64,000 bases of DNA from Longimicrobiales bacterium (GTDB taxonomy: Bacteria; Gemmatimonadota; Gemmatimonadetes; Longimicrobiales; Gaopeijiaceae). Made by a program: the position numbers and the translations under genes. Shown here piece by piece: positions 48,323 through 59,841 of this stretch. The notes beneath the pieces are model-generated. The model was not told the origin of the DNA, ran no database searches, and was given only the letters and a program-made list of their open reading frames with translations. The stretch covers positions 2,368,001 through 2,432,000 of the forward strand of contig CBDFIQ010000002.1 of NCBI GenBank assembly GCA_965248195.1, given 5' to 3'. Position 1 is the first letter of the stretch. Each line of letters starts with the position of its first letter.

Positions 48323-51300
48323 ATGGGCAGGTCCACTCCCACCGGCGGCCGCACCGCGGCGCTCCAAGCAGCTTTAGCGAGGCGGATCCTCGTTCTGGAC
48401 GGTGCCATGGGCACCATGATCCAGAGCTATGAGCTGGCCGAGGAAGATTTTCGGGGTGACGTCTACCGCGATCAGCCGGACGCCCTCTTCGGGGCCAATG
48501 ACCTGCTGTCCCTCACCCGGCCGGACACGATTGAGGAGATCCACCGGGCCTATCTCGAAGCCGGCTCGGACATCATCGAGACCAATACGTTCAACGCGCA
48601 GGCGATCTCGCTCTCCGACTACGGGCTCGAGGGGGAAGCGTATCGGCTCAACGTGGCCGCCGCAGAATTGGCTCGGCGCGCCGCCGATGAGATGACGACC
48701 CGAACGCCCGACAAGCCCCGTTTCGTGTGCGGCAGCATCGGCCCCACCAACCGTACGGCGTCGATTTCTCCGGACGTCGAGAACCCAGCGCTCCGGAACG
48801 TCACCTTCGACGAGCTGGTGGAGGCATACACGGATCAGGCGCGTGGGCTCATTGACGGGGGAGCCGACATCCTGCTGGTCGAGACGATCTTCGACACGCT
48901 GAACGCGAAGGCCGCCGTCTTCGCTATCCTGGGGCTCTACCAGGAGAGGGGGGCGTCCCTTCCGTTGATGATCTCGGGAACGATCACGGACGCCAGCGGC
49001 CGCACACTGAGTGGGCAGACGACCGAGGCCTTTTACAACTCCATCCGGCACGCCCAGCCGTTCTCCGTGGGGCTGAACTGCGCACTCGGGGCGGAACAAC
49101 TTAGACCGTACCTGGAAGATCTCTCGCAGATGGCGGACGTGCCCGTGAGTTGTCACCCGAACGCCGGACTTCCGAACGCCTTCGGGGAATACGACGAAAC
49201 ACCGGACGTCACCTCGAAAATCATCCGGGAGTTCGCGGAGGCCGGATTCGTCAACATCGTAGGTGGCTGTTGCGGTACCGTGCCTGCCCACATCGAGGCG
49301 ATTACGGACGCGGTCGCAGACCTTCCACCGCGAGCCCTTCCCAAACTCGAGCGCCGGTTCCGGGTGAGCGGCCTCGAGGCTCTCACGATCGGCCCGGACT
49401 CCCTCTTCGCGGACATCGGAGAGCGCACCAACGTCACAGGCTCGACGCGTTTCCGGGATCTCATCACCGACGACGCCTACGAGCCCGCGGTCGAGGTTGC
49501 CCGCCAACAGGTGGCGAGCGGTGCACAAATGCTCGACATCAACATGGACGAGGGCCTGCTCGATTCGGTCGAGGCCATGACCACCTTCCTGAATCTACTC
49601 GGCTCGGAGCCATCCGTGAGCCGAATTCCCTTCGTGCTCGACTCGTCGCGTTGGGAGGTTATCGAGGCCGGGCTCAAATGCGTGCAGGGCAAGAGCGTCG
49701 TGAATTCGATCAGCCTCAAGGACGGCGAGGCGGAATTCATCGAGAAGGCTCGACTGGCGAGGCGTTACGGAGCCGCGGTAATCGTCATGGCGTTCGACGA
49801 GGAAGGCCAAGCAGACACCGTGGAACGTAAGGTCGCGATATGTGAGCGCGCGGCCCAAGTGCTCCGAGAGAGGGTGGGCTTCCCGCTCGAGGACGTGATC
49901 TTCGACCCTAACATCTTCGCCGTGGGAACCGGCATCGAAGAGCACAACGCGTATGCCATTGCGTTCATCGAAGCCACCCGGCAGATCAAGCAGCGCATTC
50001 CGCACGTGCACGTGAGCGGGGGGCTGAGCAACGTTTCGTTCGCGTTTCGTGGGAGCCCGCGTGTGCGCGAGGCGATGCACTCGGCGTTCCTCTACCACGC
50101 CATCCAGGCGGGCTTGGACATGGCCATCGTGAACGCCGGCGCCCTCCCGGTCTACGACGACGTGCCGGCCGAGCTACTCGAAGCGGTCGAGGACGTGCTC
50201 TTCGACAGGCGCCCCGACGCGACCGAGCGCCTTACGGTGCTAGCCGAGCAGTACGCCGGCGCGACGCGGGAGCAGGTGGTGATCAACCAGGAATGGCGAT
50301 CCGAGCCGGTGGAAGATCGTCTCCGATACTCGCTCGTCCAGGGAATCACAGAGCACATCGAGGACGACACCGAGGAGGCAAGGAGCCAACTGGCTCGGGC
50401 GCTCGAGGTAATCGAGGGGCCCCTCATGGACGGCATGAACGAAGTCGGAGATCTGTTCGGAGCCGGAAAGATGTTCTTACCTCAGGTCGTGAAGAGCGCC
50501 CGGGTCATGAAGAAGGCCGTGGCCTATCTGGAGCCGTTTCTGGAGGCCGAAAAGGCCGACGACGGGCAGGGCAAGAAGTCCGCCAGCCTGATACTCATGG
50601 CCACTGTGAAGGGCGACGTGCATGACATTGGGAAGAACATCGTGTCGGTGGTGCTCCAGTGTAACGGCTACGAGGTCGTGGACCTCGGCGTCATGGTCCC
50701 GGCCGAGACGATCCTTGAGGAAGCCCGGGATAGGCAGGCCGACGTAATCGGCTTGAGCGGGCTCATCACGCCGTCTCTCGACCAGATGGTCCACGTGGCG
50801 GCCGAGATGGAGCGCCTCGACTTCGACCTGCCCCTCCTGATCGGTGGTGCGACGACGTCTCGCAGACACACGGCCGTCCGAATCGACGGGAAGTACAATG
50901 GCCCCACGGTTCACGTCGTGGACGCGTCGCGGTGCGTCCCGGTCCTACGAGCCATTCTGGATGACGGGAAGCGCGAGGCGTTCATCGCGCAGATCAGTGA
51001 GGAATACGCCCGGGAGCGAGAGGCGCACGCCGCCCGAGCGGCAAAATCCAGGCTCATTTCCATCGAGGCGGCTCGGAAGAACAGGGTGCCCTTGGACTGG
51101 GACGCATACGAGCCCGTGGCTCCGCGCGAGCCTGGCGTGCATGTCTTCGACGACTATCCGCTCGCTGAGCTCGTCGACTACATCGACTGGACCCCCTTCT
51201 TCCAGGCATGGGAACTCAAGGGCCGGTATCCGGAGATCTTCGATGACCCGAGCGTGGGGGAGCAGGCACGCACCCTGGACGCCGACGCCAGGGCGATGCT

Positions 51301-52042
51301 CGATCGAGTGGTTTCCGAGGGCCTGTTGAGCGCGCGCGGCGTGGTCGGCCTCTTTCCCGCGCACAGCGTGGGGGACGACATCGAGGTACTCGGCAAGGAT
51401 GGTGATGGGTGCATAGTTCACGGTCTTCGCCAGCAATTCGAAAAGAAGGACGGGCGGCCCAACGCTTGTTTGTCGGACTTCGTGGCGCCGGAGGAATCGG
51501 GGCTCAACGATCACCTTGGCGCGTTCGTGGTCACCGCCGGGCTCGGTCTGGACGAGCTGTGCGCCTCGCTCGAAGAGGAACACGATGACTACGGAAGCAT
51601 CATGGCCAAGGCATTGGCCGACCGGCTGGCGGAAGCGTTCGCGGAGCGGCTGCACGAGCGCGTCCGGCGGGATCTTTGGGGACACGAGGCGGGCGACGGC
51701 GGCTCCAACGCCGACCTGATCTCTGAGCGCTATTCCGGGATCCGGCCAGCGCCGGGATATCCGGCCTGCCCGGACCATACGGAGAAAGGGACCTTGTTCA
51801 CACTACTGGACGCGGAGCGCCGCACGGGTGTCAGCCTCACGGAGAGCTACGCCATGCTGCCGGGAGCCTCGGTGTCCGGCTGGTATTTCGCACACCCGGG
51901 GGCCCACTACTTCGGCGTGGGCCGGATCGGCAAGGACCAGGTGACCGATTACGCGCAGAGGAAGGAAATGTCGATGGCAGAAGCCGAGCGCTGGCTCCAG
52001 CCCAACCTGGGTTACGAGCCGGAGGACGGGTCCCGTGAGTAG
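48323..52042 (+). CDS. metH: Cobalamin-dependent methionine synthase
   Basis: [49 protein letters not shown]. Confidence 0.98.
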   Translation: MGRSTPTGGRTAALQAALARRILVLDGAMGTMIQSYELAEEDFRGDVYRDQPDALFGANDLLSLTRPDTIEEIHRAYLEAGSDIIETNTFNAQAISLSDYGLEGEAYRLNVAAAELARRAADEMTTRTPDKPRFVCGSIGPTNRTASISPDVENPALRNVTFDELVEAYTDQARGLIDGGADILLVETIFDTLNAKAAVFAILGLYQERGASLPLMISGTITDASGRTLSGQTTEAFYNSIRHAQPFSVGLNCALGAEQLRPYLEDLSQMADVPVSCHPNAGLPNAFGEYDETPDVTSKIIREFAEAGFVNIVGGCCGTVPAHIEAITDAVADLPPRALPKLERRFRVSGLEALTIGPDSLFADIGERTNVTGSTRFRDLITDDAYEPAVEVARQQVASGAQMLDINMDEGLLDSVEAMTTFLNLLGSEPSVSRIPFVLDSSRWEVIEAGLKCVQGKSVVNSISLKDGEAEFIEKARLARRYGAAVIVMAFDEEGQADTVERKVAICERAAQVLRERVGFPLEDVIFDPNIFAVGTGIEEHNAYAIAFIEATRQIKQRIPHVHVSGGLSNVSFAFRGSPRVREAMHSAFLYHAIQAGLDMAIVNAGALPVYDDVPAELLEAVEDVLFDRRPDATERLTVLAEQYAGATREQVVINQEWRSEPVEDRLRYSLVQGITEHIEDDTEEARSQLARALEVIEGPLMDGMNEVGDLFGAGKMFLPQVVKSARVMKKAVAYLEPFLEAEKADDGQGKKSASLILMATVKGDVHDIGKNIVSVVLQCNGYEVVDLGVMVPAETILEEARDRQADVIGLSGLITPSLDQMVHVAAEMERLDFDLPLLIGGATTSRRHTAVRIDGKYNGPTVHVVDASRCVPVLRAILDDGKREAFIAQISEEYAREREAHAARAAKSRLISIEAARKNRVPLDWDAYEPVAPREPGVHVFDDYPLAELVDYIDWTPFFQAWELKGRYPEIFDDPSVGEQARTLDADARAMLDRVVSEGLLSARGVVGLFPAHSVGDDIEVLGKDGDGCIVHGLRQQFEKKDGRPNACLSDFVAPEESGLNDHLGAFVVTAGLGLDELCASLEEEHDDYGSIMAKALADRLAEAFAERLHERVRRDLWGHEAGDGGSNADLISERYSGIRPAPGYPACPDHTEKGTLFTLLDAERRTGVSLTESYAMLPGASVSGWYFAHPGAHYFGVGRIGKDQVTDYAQRKEMSMAEAERWLQPNLGYEPEDGSRE

Positions 52043-53909
52043 ACGAGAGGCGACAGATTCGGCCTTGAGGCGACTCATCGACGACGGGCGCGTCCACGTG
52101 ATGGATGGGGCGATGGGAACGGAGCTCTACGCCTGCGGCGTCTTCGTGAACGTCTCGTACGACGGGCTCAACCTCGAAACGCCCGACGTGGTGGAGAACG
52201 TGCACCGGAACTATGTGAACGCCGGCGCCGAAGTCATCGAGACCAACACCTTCGGCGCCAATCCGGTCAAACTCTCGAGCTATGGCCTGGCCGACCGAAC
52301 GGAGGAAATCAACCACGCGGCCGTGGAACTGGCACGCAGGGCGGCCCAGAGTAGAGCCTTGGTGGTTGGGGCTATTGGGCCGTTGGGCATCCGCATCGAG
52401 CCGCTCGGACCGACGTCCCGTGAAGAGGCACAGGAGTTCTATCACCGGCAGGTGGATGGGCTCGTGGAGGGCGGCGTGGACGGCTTCGTGCTGGAAACCT
52501 TCAGCGACCTCAACGAACTGGAGCAAGCCTTCAAGGCCGTCCGGAGCCGATCGCCCCTCCCCGTCATGTGCCAGGTCACGGTGGGAGAGGACTGCTGCAC
52601 GTCGTACGGTACGTCTCCGGAGGACGTCGCCACCGAAGTCGCGTCGTGGGGCACAGACGTGATCGGAATCAATTGCTCCGTCGGGCCAGCCGTCATGCTG
52701 GATGCGGTGGAGCGGATGGCGGAAGTTACCGATCTACCTCTTTCGGCCCAGCCCAACGCCGGACTCCCTCGAGCGGTAGGCGATCGCAAGATCTACCTCG
52801 CCACCCCGGAGTACATGGCACAGTACGCCCGTCGAATGATCGAGGCGGGAGCCCGCTTCGTTGGGGGATGCTGCGGCACGAGCCCGGAACACATCCGAAG
52901 CATCCGAGCGCTGGTGGGCGGCCAGCGACCGCCGTCCACACGAGTCCGCCCGGGCTCACACGCCGAGCCACACGACACGCCCATTCAGCCGGACGTGCCG
53001 CTCGGCGAGCGCTCCGCGTGGGGACGCAAGATCGCCGATGGCAGCTTCGTCACGAGTATCGAGATCACGCCGCCCAAGGGTTGGCGCGCCGAGGAGCTCT
53101 TGCGGCAGTGTCGCCGTATCCAGGCCGCCCAAGCCGATACGGTGAACGTCCTGGATCATCCGCACGCCCACGCTCGGATGAGCGCGCTGCCCGCCGCCAT
53201 GCTGATCGAGAGGGAGGTGGGCGTCGAGACCATCGTTCACTATCCCTGCCGTGACCGAAACATGACACGCATGATCAGCGACCTGCTAGGAGCCGCCGCT
53301 GCCGGACTACACAATCTTCTCTTGGTCACAGGGCGGCCGCCCACGATGGGTCCCTACACCGACTCGACGGCCTCACTAGACATCGACTCGATCGGACTCA
53401 CCAACGTGGTCCACGGCCTGAATCGAGGCGTCGACCCCGGGGGCAACGCGATCGGCGTACCCACGCGCTTCGTCATCGGGGCGAGGGTGAACCAGGTCGC
53501 CCTGGACCAAGACCGTGAAGCAGGACGCCTGAAGTGGAAGGTCGACGCCGGCGTCGATTTCGTAATCACGCAGCCGGTGTTCGACGCGGGCCGGCTCCAT
53601 GCCTTCTTGGAGCGCGTGCCCGATGTGTCCGTACCCATCGTCGCGAGTCTACGCCCGCTCACCTCGCTCCGTGAGGCCGAGTTCCTACACAACGAAGTCC
53701 CAGGCGTCCACATCCCCGAGGAGATTATGAGCCGCATGGCCGAAGCGGAATCAAACGGCGAAGAAGCCGCTGAGGCCGAAGGGGTGAAGATCGCCCTCGA
53801 AGTATTCGAGTCCATCCGAGACTCGATCGCCGGCGCTCACGTCCACGGACCGGACGGCAATCTCGACGGAGCACTGGAGATTCTCTCCGGGGTAATCGAC
53901 TCGCGCTGA
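52035..53909 (+). CDS. Bifunctional homocysteine S-methyltransferase / methylenetetrahydrofolate reductase (YitJ-like)
   Basis: DGAMGT, NC, PNAGLP, GGCCGT N-domain; EI.PPKG, CRDRN, ITQPVFD, LHNEVPG C-domain. Confidence 0.92.
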   Translation: MSRREATDSALRRLIDDGRVHVMDGAMGTELYACGVFVNVSYDGLNLETPDVVENVHRNYVNAGAEVIETNTFGANPVKLSSYGLADRTEEINHAAVELARRAAQSRALVVGAIGPLGIRIEPLGPTSREEAQEFYHRQVDGLVEGGVDGFVLETFSDLNELEQAFKAVRSRSPLPVMCQVTVGEDCCTSYGTSPEDVATEVASWGTDVIGINCSVGPAVMLDAVERMAEVTDLPLSAQPNAGLPRAVGDRKIYLATPEYMAQYARRMIEAGARFVGGCCGTSPEHIRSIRALVGGQRPPSTRVRPGSHAEPHDTPIQPDVPLGERSAWGRKIADGSFVTSIEITPPKGWRAEELLRQCRRIQAAQADTVNVLDHPHAHARMSALPAAMLIEREVGVETIVHYPCRDRNMTRMISDLLGAAAAGLHNLLLVTGRPPTMGPYTDSTASLDIDSIGLTNVVHGLNRGVDPGGNAIGVPTRFVIGARVNQVALDQDREAGRLKWKVDAGVDFVITQPVFDAGRLHAFLERVPDVSVPIVASLRPLTSLREAEFLHNEVPGVHIPEEIMSRMAEAESNGEEAAEAEGVKIALEVFESIRDSIAGAHVHGPDGNLDGALEILSGVIDSR

Positions 53910-53946
53910 CTGCGGTCGGCCCCGCCACTCCGACGCCCCCCCCGCA

Positions 53947-54822
53947 TTACGAGCGTCCGGAGGACTCCGCCCCAGTCGAGGACCGGGCAATCACTTTGGC
54001 GAGCCTGTCCTGCACCCGCCGGTGGCCGAGGTTGCTGATGTAGACCTTCTGCGCGCCGACGGACCGCAGGGCGTCCAGGGTTTTGCCCAGAAGCTCTTCG
54101 GGGGTGGCGCCGGCCTCGAATTCGCGGGCCAACTCCTCTGCGGGGACCGGGAAAAAATCGCCCAATCGCCCGAGGGTACCCGGATCGGCACTCCAATAGT
54201 AGAAGACTCCGAAAATTCCCGGTGTGTCCACACCCCGGCGATCGCACTCCTCGAGGAACGCCTCGACCCGACCCACACTGTGGTGAGATACCACCTGCGT
54301 GAGGTAAAAGTCGGCTGAAAAATCCTCCGCGCCCACGTACTCGACCTGCATTCGCACGTCGCGGTGCGGGTTCGCCCAACCGCCCAGGGAGAGCCCCGGT
54401 TGCCGCTCGCGAATCCGCTGCCGGAGCATGTAGGCGTGTGGAACAGAGCGTGACGGACCCACCGAGGTGTCTCCACCCACCACCGTGAGCGCCTCGAACC
54501 CGAGGGAGTGAGCACGATCCGCGAACATGAGGCAGTGCTCGATCGTGTGTTTGCACGTGAGAAAGGGAACGAGACGCGAGAGCGGCACGTCGGAACCGAC
54601 GTTGGCCGCAAGGTGCGCGAGGTTCTCCTCTTCCCGTGCTCCGACCGCATCATCCGTCAAGAAAACGAAGGTGTCCTTGAGCGCGAGATTCCGGATGGAG
54701 TGGTTGAGGTCGATCCAGGTGTCCATCCCCTCGGTGGCCGAAAGCCCACTCCGCGGTGGCCGAAGCTCCACAGTGACGAGCGGCCCCGACCGCCCCAGCC
54801 GCTCCACCAGAGCCGAGGTCAC
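53947..54822 (-). CDS. Methylenetetrahydrofolate reductase-like flavoprotein
   Basis: VELRPP, TD, FLTC, V.GD, ANP, ADFYLTQ motifs of the MTHFR fold; divergent. Confidence 0.7.
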   Translation of the reverse strand: MTSALVERLGRSGPLVTVELRPPRSGLSATEGMDTWIDLNHSIRNLALKDTFVFLTDDAVGAREEENLAHLAANVGSDVPLSRLVPFLTCKHTIEHCLMFADRAHSLGFEALTVVGGDTSVGPSRSVPHAYMLRQRIRERQPGLSLGGWANPHRDVRMQVEYVGAEDFSADFYLTQVVSHHSVGRVEAFLEECDRRGVDTPGIFGVFYYWSADPGTLGRLGDFFPVPAEELAREFEAGATPEELLGKTLDALRSVGAQKVYISNLGHRRVQDRLAKVIARSSTGAESSGRS

Positions 54823-56129
54823 CCCTTCCCTTCCACAAGACGCTCGATCTCGTCGGCGGAAACCGGTAATGCGGCCGTCAGCACCTCGTGTCCCTCGGCG
54901 GTCACAACCACATCGTCTTCGATCCTGATGCCAACGCCCACGTACTCCTCCGGAACGCTGGAACCCTCGGACGGGCCTGGGAAGTAGAGACCGGGCTCCA
55001 CGGTCAAAACCATTCCCGGCTCCAGCACTCGCGACACACCGGAGGAGGCGTAGTCACCCACGTCGTGCACGTCCAGCCCTAGCCAATGCGACGTCTGATG
55101 GGGATAGAATGGCTTGTAGGCCTCGTTATCGATCACCTCCGCCTTGTCGCCATCGAGAACGCCCAGGTCGCGGAGTCCTTCGACGAGCACGTCCCGCGCC
55201 GTGTGATGGATCGACTCGACGGTCACCCCGGGCCGAATACATTCTATGGCCTGATCATGCGCCTCCAGGACCCAATCGTAGAGAGTTCGCTGGGCTGCCG
55301 TGAAGGATCCGGATGCCGGGAAGGTACGGGTGACGTCACAGACATAGTGGTCCACCTCCGCACCGGCGTCCACCAGGACCAGGTCCCCTTCCTGGACCGG
55401 GCAGTCGTTATCCTCGTAGTGCAGCACGCAGGCGTTCGCACCCGAGGCCACGATGGTGGGATAGGCGGGCCCCCTGGCCCCTTTACGTCGAAACGCGCCG
55501 TTGAGAATTCCCTCGAGCTCCCACTCTCCGACCCCCGGCCGCAAGGCGGCCCCGAACATTTCGGTAAAAGCCTCGACGGTGATCGTCGCAGCCCGCCGCA
55601 TGTGCTCCAACTCTTCCGGGCCCTTCACGAGCCGCAGGGGATCGAGCAACCTCCCGGGATCGATGATCCCACGGGGACCGACACCCTTCCTGGCGCCACG
55701 TAGCCGAGCGGTCTGGAGAGCCCCGACCACCAAGCTCTGCACGCGCGAATCGGTCCCGATCCGGAAGTATGCGTCCTCGGCCCCAGCAAGCAATTTGGGA
55801 AGATGCTCGGACAGCACGTCGCTTCCATAAGTCGTCTTGGCACCGAACACTGCTCCAGCCCGCTCCGGCCCAAGCCGCTCTCCGCTCCAGAGCTCCTCTT
55901 CGGAATTCCGAGGTCGTACGAAGAGCACGAAATCACCGTCCTCACCACCCGGGCGAAGGACGGCCACAGCCCCCGGCTCCGTCACACCGGTTAAATAGAA
56001 GAGATCGCTGTCCGCCCTGTACCGTCCTCCGGGGGCGTTGGTCTTGGAGTCCAGGACCAAGGCCGACCCGTCCAGCTCCGCCAAAACGCGCTTACGCCGC
56101 GCCGCGAAATCGTCGGGTGAAAAACCCAA
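54819..56129 (-). CDS. pepP: Xaa-Pro aminopeptidase (M24B)
   Basis: DLFYLTG, LHY, DAG, DVTRT, HWLGLDVHD, TVEPGLY, GIRIEDD. Confidence 0.93.
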   Translation of the reverse strand: MGFSPDDFAARRKRVLAELDGSALVLDSKTNAPGGRYRADSDLFYLTGVTEPGAVAVLRPGGEDGDFVLFVRPRNSEEELWSGERLGPERAGAVFGAKTTYGSDVLSEHLPKLLAGAEDAYFRIGTDSRVQSLVVGALQTARLRGARKGVGPRGIIDPGRLLDPLRLVKGPEELEHMRRAATITVEAFTEMFGAALRPGVGEWELEGILNGAFRRKGARGPAYPTIVASGANACVLHYEDNDCPVQEGDLVLVDAGAEVDHYVCDVTRTFPASGSFTAAQRTLYDWVLEAHDQAIECIRPGVTVESIHHTARDVLVEGLRDLGVLDGDKAEVIDNEAYKPFYPHQTSHWLGLDVHDVGDYASSGVSRVLEPGMVLTVEPGLYFPGPSEGSSVPEEYVGVGIRIEDDVVVTAEGHEVLTAALPVSADEIERLVEGKG

Positions 56130-56133
56130 CCGC

Positions 56134-58251
56134 CTATTCGCCGCCGCTCACGGTGGGAGCCCGTTCGACCAACCAGTGTTCGAACCAGCTACGGATCCGC
56201 TCCAACCGGTCCACGATGAGCCATGGCTCTCCCGTCCGGGACAAGCCATGAGAAGATCTCGGGTACCGCACCATCTCCACCGGCACACCCAAGTTCTTCA
56301 AAGCCATGAACCACTGCTCCGCGTCGCCGATGGGGGTCCTGTAGTCATTCTCGCTGTGGATGATGAGCGTCGGAGCCGTGACGTTCTCGACGTACGAGAT
56401 CGGGGACAGCCGACGGTATAGATTCCTCCGCTCCCACGGGGCCCCGAAGAACTCGTACTCGGTCAGCGCCTGGGCGTCCGAGGATCCCCACCAACTCTCC
56501 CAGTTTACGATGGAGCGAGAGGTGACGGCGGCGTGAAAACGGTCGGTCGTCGCCGTAAGCCAGTTCGTCATGAAGCCGCCGTAGCTACCACCCGAGACGC
56601 CCAAACGTGTCGAGTCGGCCTCCGGGTATTGAGCGAGGGCAGCGTCCACGCCGCTCAGATAATCCTCGCTGTCCCGGACACCCCATTGGCCGCGGGTGGC
56701 GTACTTGAACTCGTGGCCGTAGCCGCTCGACCCCCTGGGGTTGGAGTAGAGGACCAAGAAGCCGGCCGAGGAAAGCACATGGAAGGTCGGGAAGAACGTG
56801 TTGCCATACGCACTGTGCGGCCCACCGTGAATCTTCAGGATCAGCGGGTACCTACCACCGGGGGTGTAGCCCACGGGTTTGATGACCCACCCCTCCACCT
56901 CGACGCTGTCGCCGACCATCCACGTCAGCCGCTCGGGGGGAACGAGGGAAACGCGCTCCATCCAGCCCTCGTTGAACTCGGTCACACGCCGTTCGGCCGT
57001 TCCGTCGCCCCGGGCCACATATAGCTCCAGGGGCGAGACCACATCGGTGGCGGCGTATGCCATGATATGGCCACGGTCGGAGAGCGAGACACTGGTGAGC
57101 TGTCGATCACCCTCGGTCACCTGAATGACCGGGCCGGCGGCGGCCGCGACCCGAAAGAGATGGCGATTCCCGCCAACGGAGGCGGAGAACAGAATCGCGG
57201 TTCCATCCGCCGACCATTGGGGGGCGCCGGGCTCGAGGCCCCAGCCCTCGGTGAGATTGGTGGGCTCCGTCGTGAACCGCCCGTCGGCACCGACGTCTAC
57301 CACCATCAGATCCTGCTCCGCGCCACGCTCCGCCGTGAAGATGTACGCCAGCCGTGTGCCGTCAGGCGAGGGTGACGGCGAAGCCTCCGAGCCCGGGTCC
57401 GGTGTGAGGTCGGTAACGGAGCCGTCGGTCACGCGAATCGCCCAGATGTCCCGGGTCAGCTCCTCGTTGTTGGATTCATCGTTCTGGTTCTGGTCTCCGG
57501 AGAAGTAGAGGGTACGCCCATCGGGGGACCAGCGAACGTCGGACTTGTCGAACGGGAGCGCCGTCAGCCGTCTTGGAAGACCTCCCTCGGCCGATACCAA
57601 GTAGAGGTCATCGGACTCGTTCGCGGAAAAGTGCGGACGCAGCGTGATCGTACCGTCTGTTTTGTAGCGTGTCGACGTCACCACACGCCCATCGAAGCGC
57701 TCCGGATCCAGCGTATTCGAAAGAGCATCCGGAGCAATCCAACCCTCACGTTCGTCGGACTCCGTGTCCTCAGCGAGGGCGAGGTACGCAATCCACTCGC
57801 CGTCCGCCGACCAGACCGGAGCCCCCCGAACCCCCTCGATGCGGAAAGCCTCTCCACCGGGACCCGAGACACGGACGAACCAGGTGGAGTTGTCTTCGTC
57901 TCCGCGCTGTGACGTGAAGGAAAGAAGCGCTCCATCCGGTGACCACCTCGGAGCGAATGAGTCCCATGTGGGAGCGGTGAAACGATACGGGTCGCCGCTT
58001 GGACGCCCGTTCTCGAGCGCCTGCATCCACACCTCTCGCAGGCGGCGATTCTCCTCTTCGAGAATCCGTGTCACGGTAAACGCAACGAGGTCGCCCTCGG
58101 GAGAGACCGCAACGTCACCCACGCTTACCAGATCATAGTAGTCGGCTGGTTGGAATCCACGCTGCTGGGCCGAGGTTGGCCAGGCCATGGCCGCCCACAG
58201 CGCCCACGCCACGCCAGGCATCCCGATCGTTCTCGCCGATGTCACCTTCAA
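56134..58251 (-). CDS. S9-family secreted peptidase (dipeptidyl/acylaminoacyl peptidase)
   Basis: PD40/TolB repeats (WSPDG), IHGGP, GGSYGG nucleophile, D.R, H triad; start TTG 58251 chosen from the GGAG RBS (uncertain). Confidence 0.9.
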   Translation of the reverse strand: MKVTSARTIGMPGVAWALWAAMAWPTSAQQRGFQPADYYDLVSVGDVAVSPEGDLVAFTVTRILEEENRRLREVWMQALENGRPSGDPYRFTAPTWDSFAPRWSPDGALLSFTSQRGDEDNSTWFVRVSGPGGEAFRIEGVRGAPVWSADGEWIAYLALAEDTESDEREGWIAPDALSNTLDPERFDGRVVTSTRYKTDGTITLRPHFSANESDDLYLVSAEGGLPRRLTALPFDKSDVRWSPDGRTLYFSGDQNQNDESNNEELTRDIWAIRVTDGSVTDLTPDPGSEASPSPSPDGTRLAYIFTAERGAEQDLMVVDVGADGRFTTEPTNLTEGWGLEPGAPQWSADGTAILFSASVGGNRHLFRVAAAAGPVIQVTEGDRQLTSVSLSDRGHIMAYAATDVVSPLELYVARGDGTAERRVTEFNEGWMERVSLVPPERLTWMVGDSVEVEGWVIKPVGYTPGGRYPLILKIHGGPHSAYGNTFFPTFHVLSSAGFLVLYSNPRGSSGYGHEFKYATRGQWGVRDSEDYLSGVDAALAQYPEADSTRLGVSGGSYGGFMTNWLTATTDRFHAAVTSRSIVNWESWWGSSDAQALTEYEFFGAPWERRNLYRRLSPISYVENVTAPTLIIHSENDYRTPIGDAEQWFMALKNLGVPVEMVRYPRSSHGLSRTGEPWLIVDRLERIRSWFEHWLVERAPTVSGGE

Positions 58252-58498
58252 ATCCGTCTCCGTGTCACTACCGTAAGCGCCTGCTGCGCCGTAACCGACC
58301 GATGCACGGCCAAATCTATGAGGGGTAGGGACTTGCCTCAAGACGGACGCCACTGGGATTCAACCGTCCCCGTGCACGCCAATCGCAAGGTCGATGCCAA
58401 AAAACCTCTTCGCTCCGCGCCAGGGGAGGGGATCCCCGACCTGACGAGGCGGTAAGAGATGTGTCCACAAGCCAGCGCATCAAGGATCGGGGGAGTTT

Positions 58499-59674
58499 GT
58501 GATGGCGGGTTCCGGCACCGACTCACGTGTACGTCTAAACGTTTTATGGACGTTCCTACACGCCGTGCGGACGTCGTTCCTCTTTACCACTTTCTTATGG
58601 TGCCTCGGCGCGATCCTGTTCGTCACCGTCCCGCTGGGCGCCCAGGCCATCTCTGGGACTTTGGTCGAGGCCGAGACGGGTGCTCCCGTGGAAGGAGCCT
58701 CGGTCATGCTTCTCAGTCGGGACGGTGAGCAACTCGATTGGCGCCTGACGAACGCCGCGGGACGGTTCGACTTCCAGACGCCAGGACCTGGAACATACTT
58801 GCTGCGTGCAGACCGGATCGGCCACGCCCGCGTTCTTTCCGATCCGATCCCGATCGACCGTGGAGTCACTGTCGTATACAGGCTGGAGACTCCATTGGAG
58901 GCAATCAGATTGGCCGGGATCGAGGTGCGGAGAAGCCGCCGCTGTGAGGTCCGACCCGCGCAGGGCGTTTCCACAGCAACGGTGTGGGAGGAGGCGCGCA
59001 AGGCCCTGGAGGCCACATCACGCACCAGCATCCTCGGCGTCTACCGTTACATGATTCGCCGTTATGAACGGGAATTGGATGCTCGAGGCCGCCGAGTGAG
59101 GAACGAGCAGAGCCGAATCCTCCGAGGGCAGGTACTGGCCAGGCCCTTCCGCAGCCTGGACGTCGAGAACCTACTCGAGAATGGGTTCGTGCGCCCCGAC
59201 GGCGAGGGGAACATCTACTACGCACCCGACGCCGATGTCCTCCTGTCGGATGCCTTCCTGGACACGCACTGCATGAGCCTGGCAGAGGGAGACGACGAAG
59301 CCGAGGGCCTTCTCGGGTTACGGTTCGAGCCGACGGAGGATCGCGGAGTCCCGGATATCCGTGGCGTCCTATGGCTGGACCCGGCGAACGCGGAGCTTCA
59401 GTGGCTGGATTATCGTTACGAGTTCCTGGACGTTCGCAACTCGGAGAGGCTCGGGGGAAGAATTAGATTTCATGGCCTCCCCAACGGGACGTGGATCGTA
59501 CGCGAGTGGTATATCCGCATGCCGCTCCTCCAGGCTTACCCCGGGCGAAGGCGACCGCGGCTCATCGGGCTCAAGGAAGAAGGTGGCGTGGTCTTACGCG
59601 TAGACAACCTGAATGGCGATCCCGTTCTCGGCTCGGGGGCCGGTATCATCGAGGAACCCGGGCTCGAGGACTAG
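58499..59674 (+). CDS. Secreted carboxypeptidase-regulatory-like domain protein
   Basis: Signal peptide, ISG...ETG.PV.GA.V.L..T...G.F...G.Y.L...IG prealbumin-like domain; true start uncertain. Confidence 0.7.
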   Translation: MMAGSGTDSRVRLNVLWTFLHAVRTSFLFTTFLWCLGAILFVTVPLGAQAISGTLVEAETGAPVEGASVMLLSRDGEQLDWRLTNAAGRFDFQTPGPGTYLLRADRIGHARVLSDPIPIDRGVTVVYRLETPLEAIRLAGIEVRRSRRCEVRPAQGVSTATVWEEARKALEATSRTSILGVYRYMIRRYERELDARGRRVRNEQSRILRGQVLARPFRSLDVENLLENGFVRPDGEGNIYYAPDADVLLSDAFLDTHCMSLAEGDDEAEGLLGLRFEPTEDRGVPDIRGVLWLDPANAELQWLDYRYEFLDVRNSERLGGRIRFHGLPNGTWIVREWYIRMPLLQAYPGRRRPRLIGLKEEGGVVLRVDNLNGDPVLGSGAGIIEEPGLED

Positions 59675-59841
59675 GATCCGGGGCGAGACGCAGTGGTGGC
59701 CTGCGCCTAGCGCTTCGGGAACGGGGCCCGGCCACACAAATTTTGGTTCCTCCCCCCTGGTCCTTCCGAGCATGCAGGAGTAGTGTGTGGACTTCCTCCG
59801 CTAGCAAAAAACTTTCAGAACACAACAAAGAGGATGAGGGG

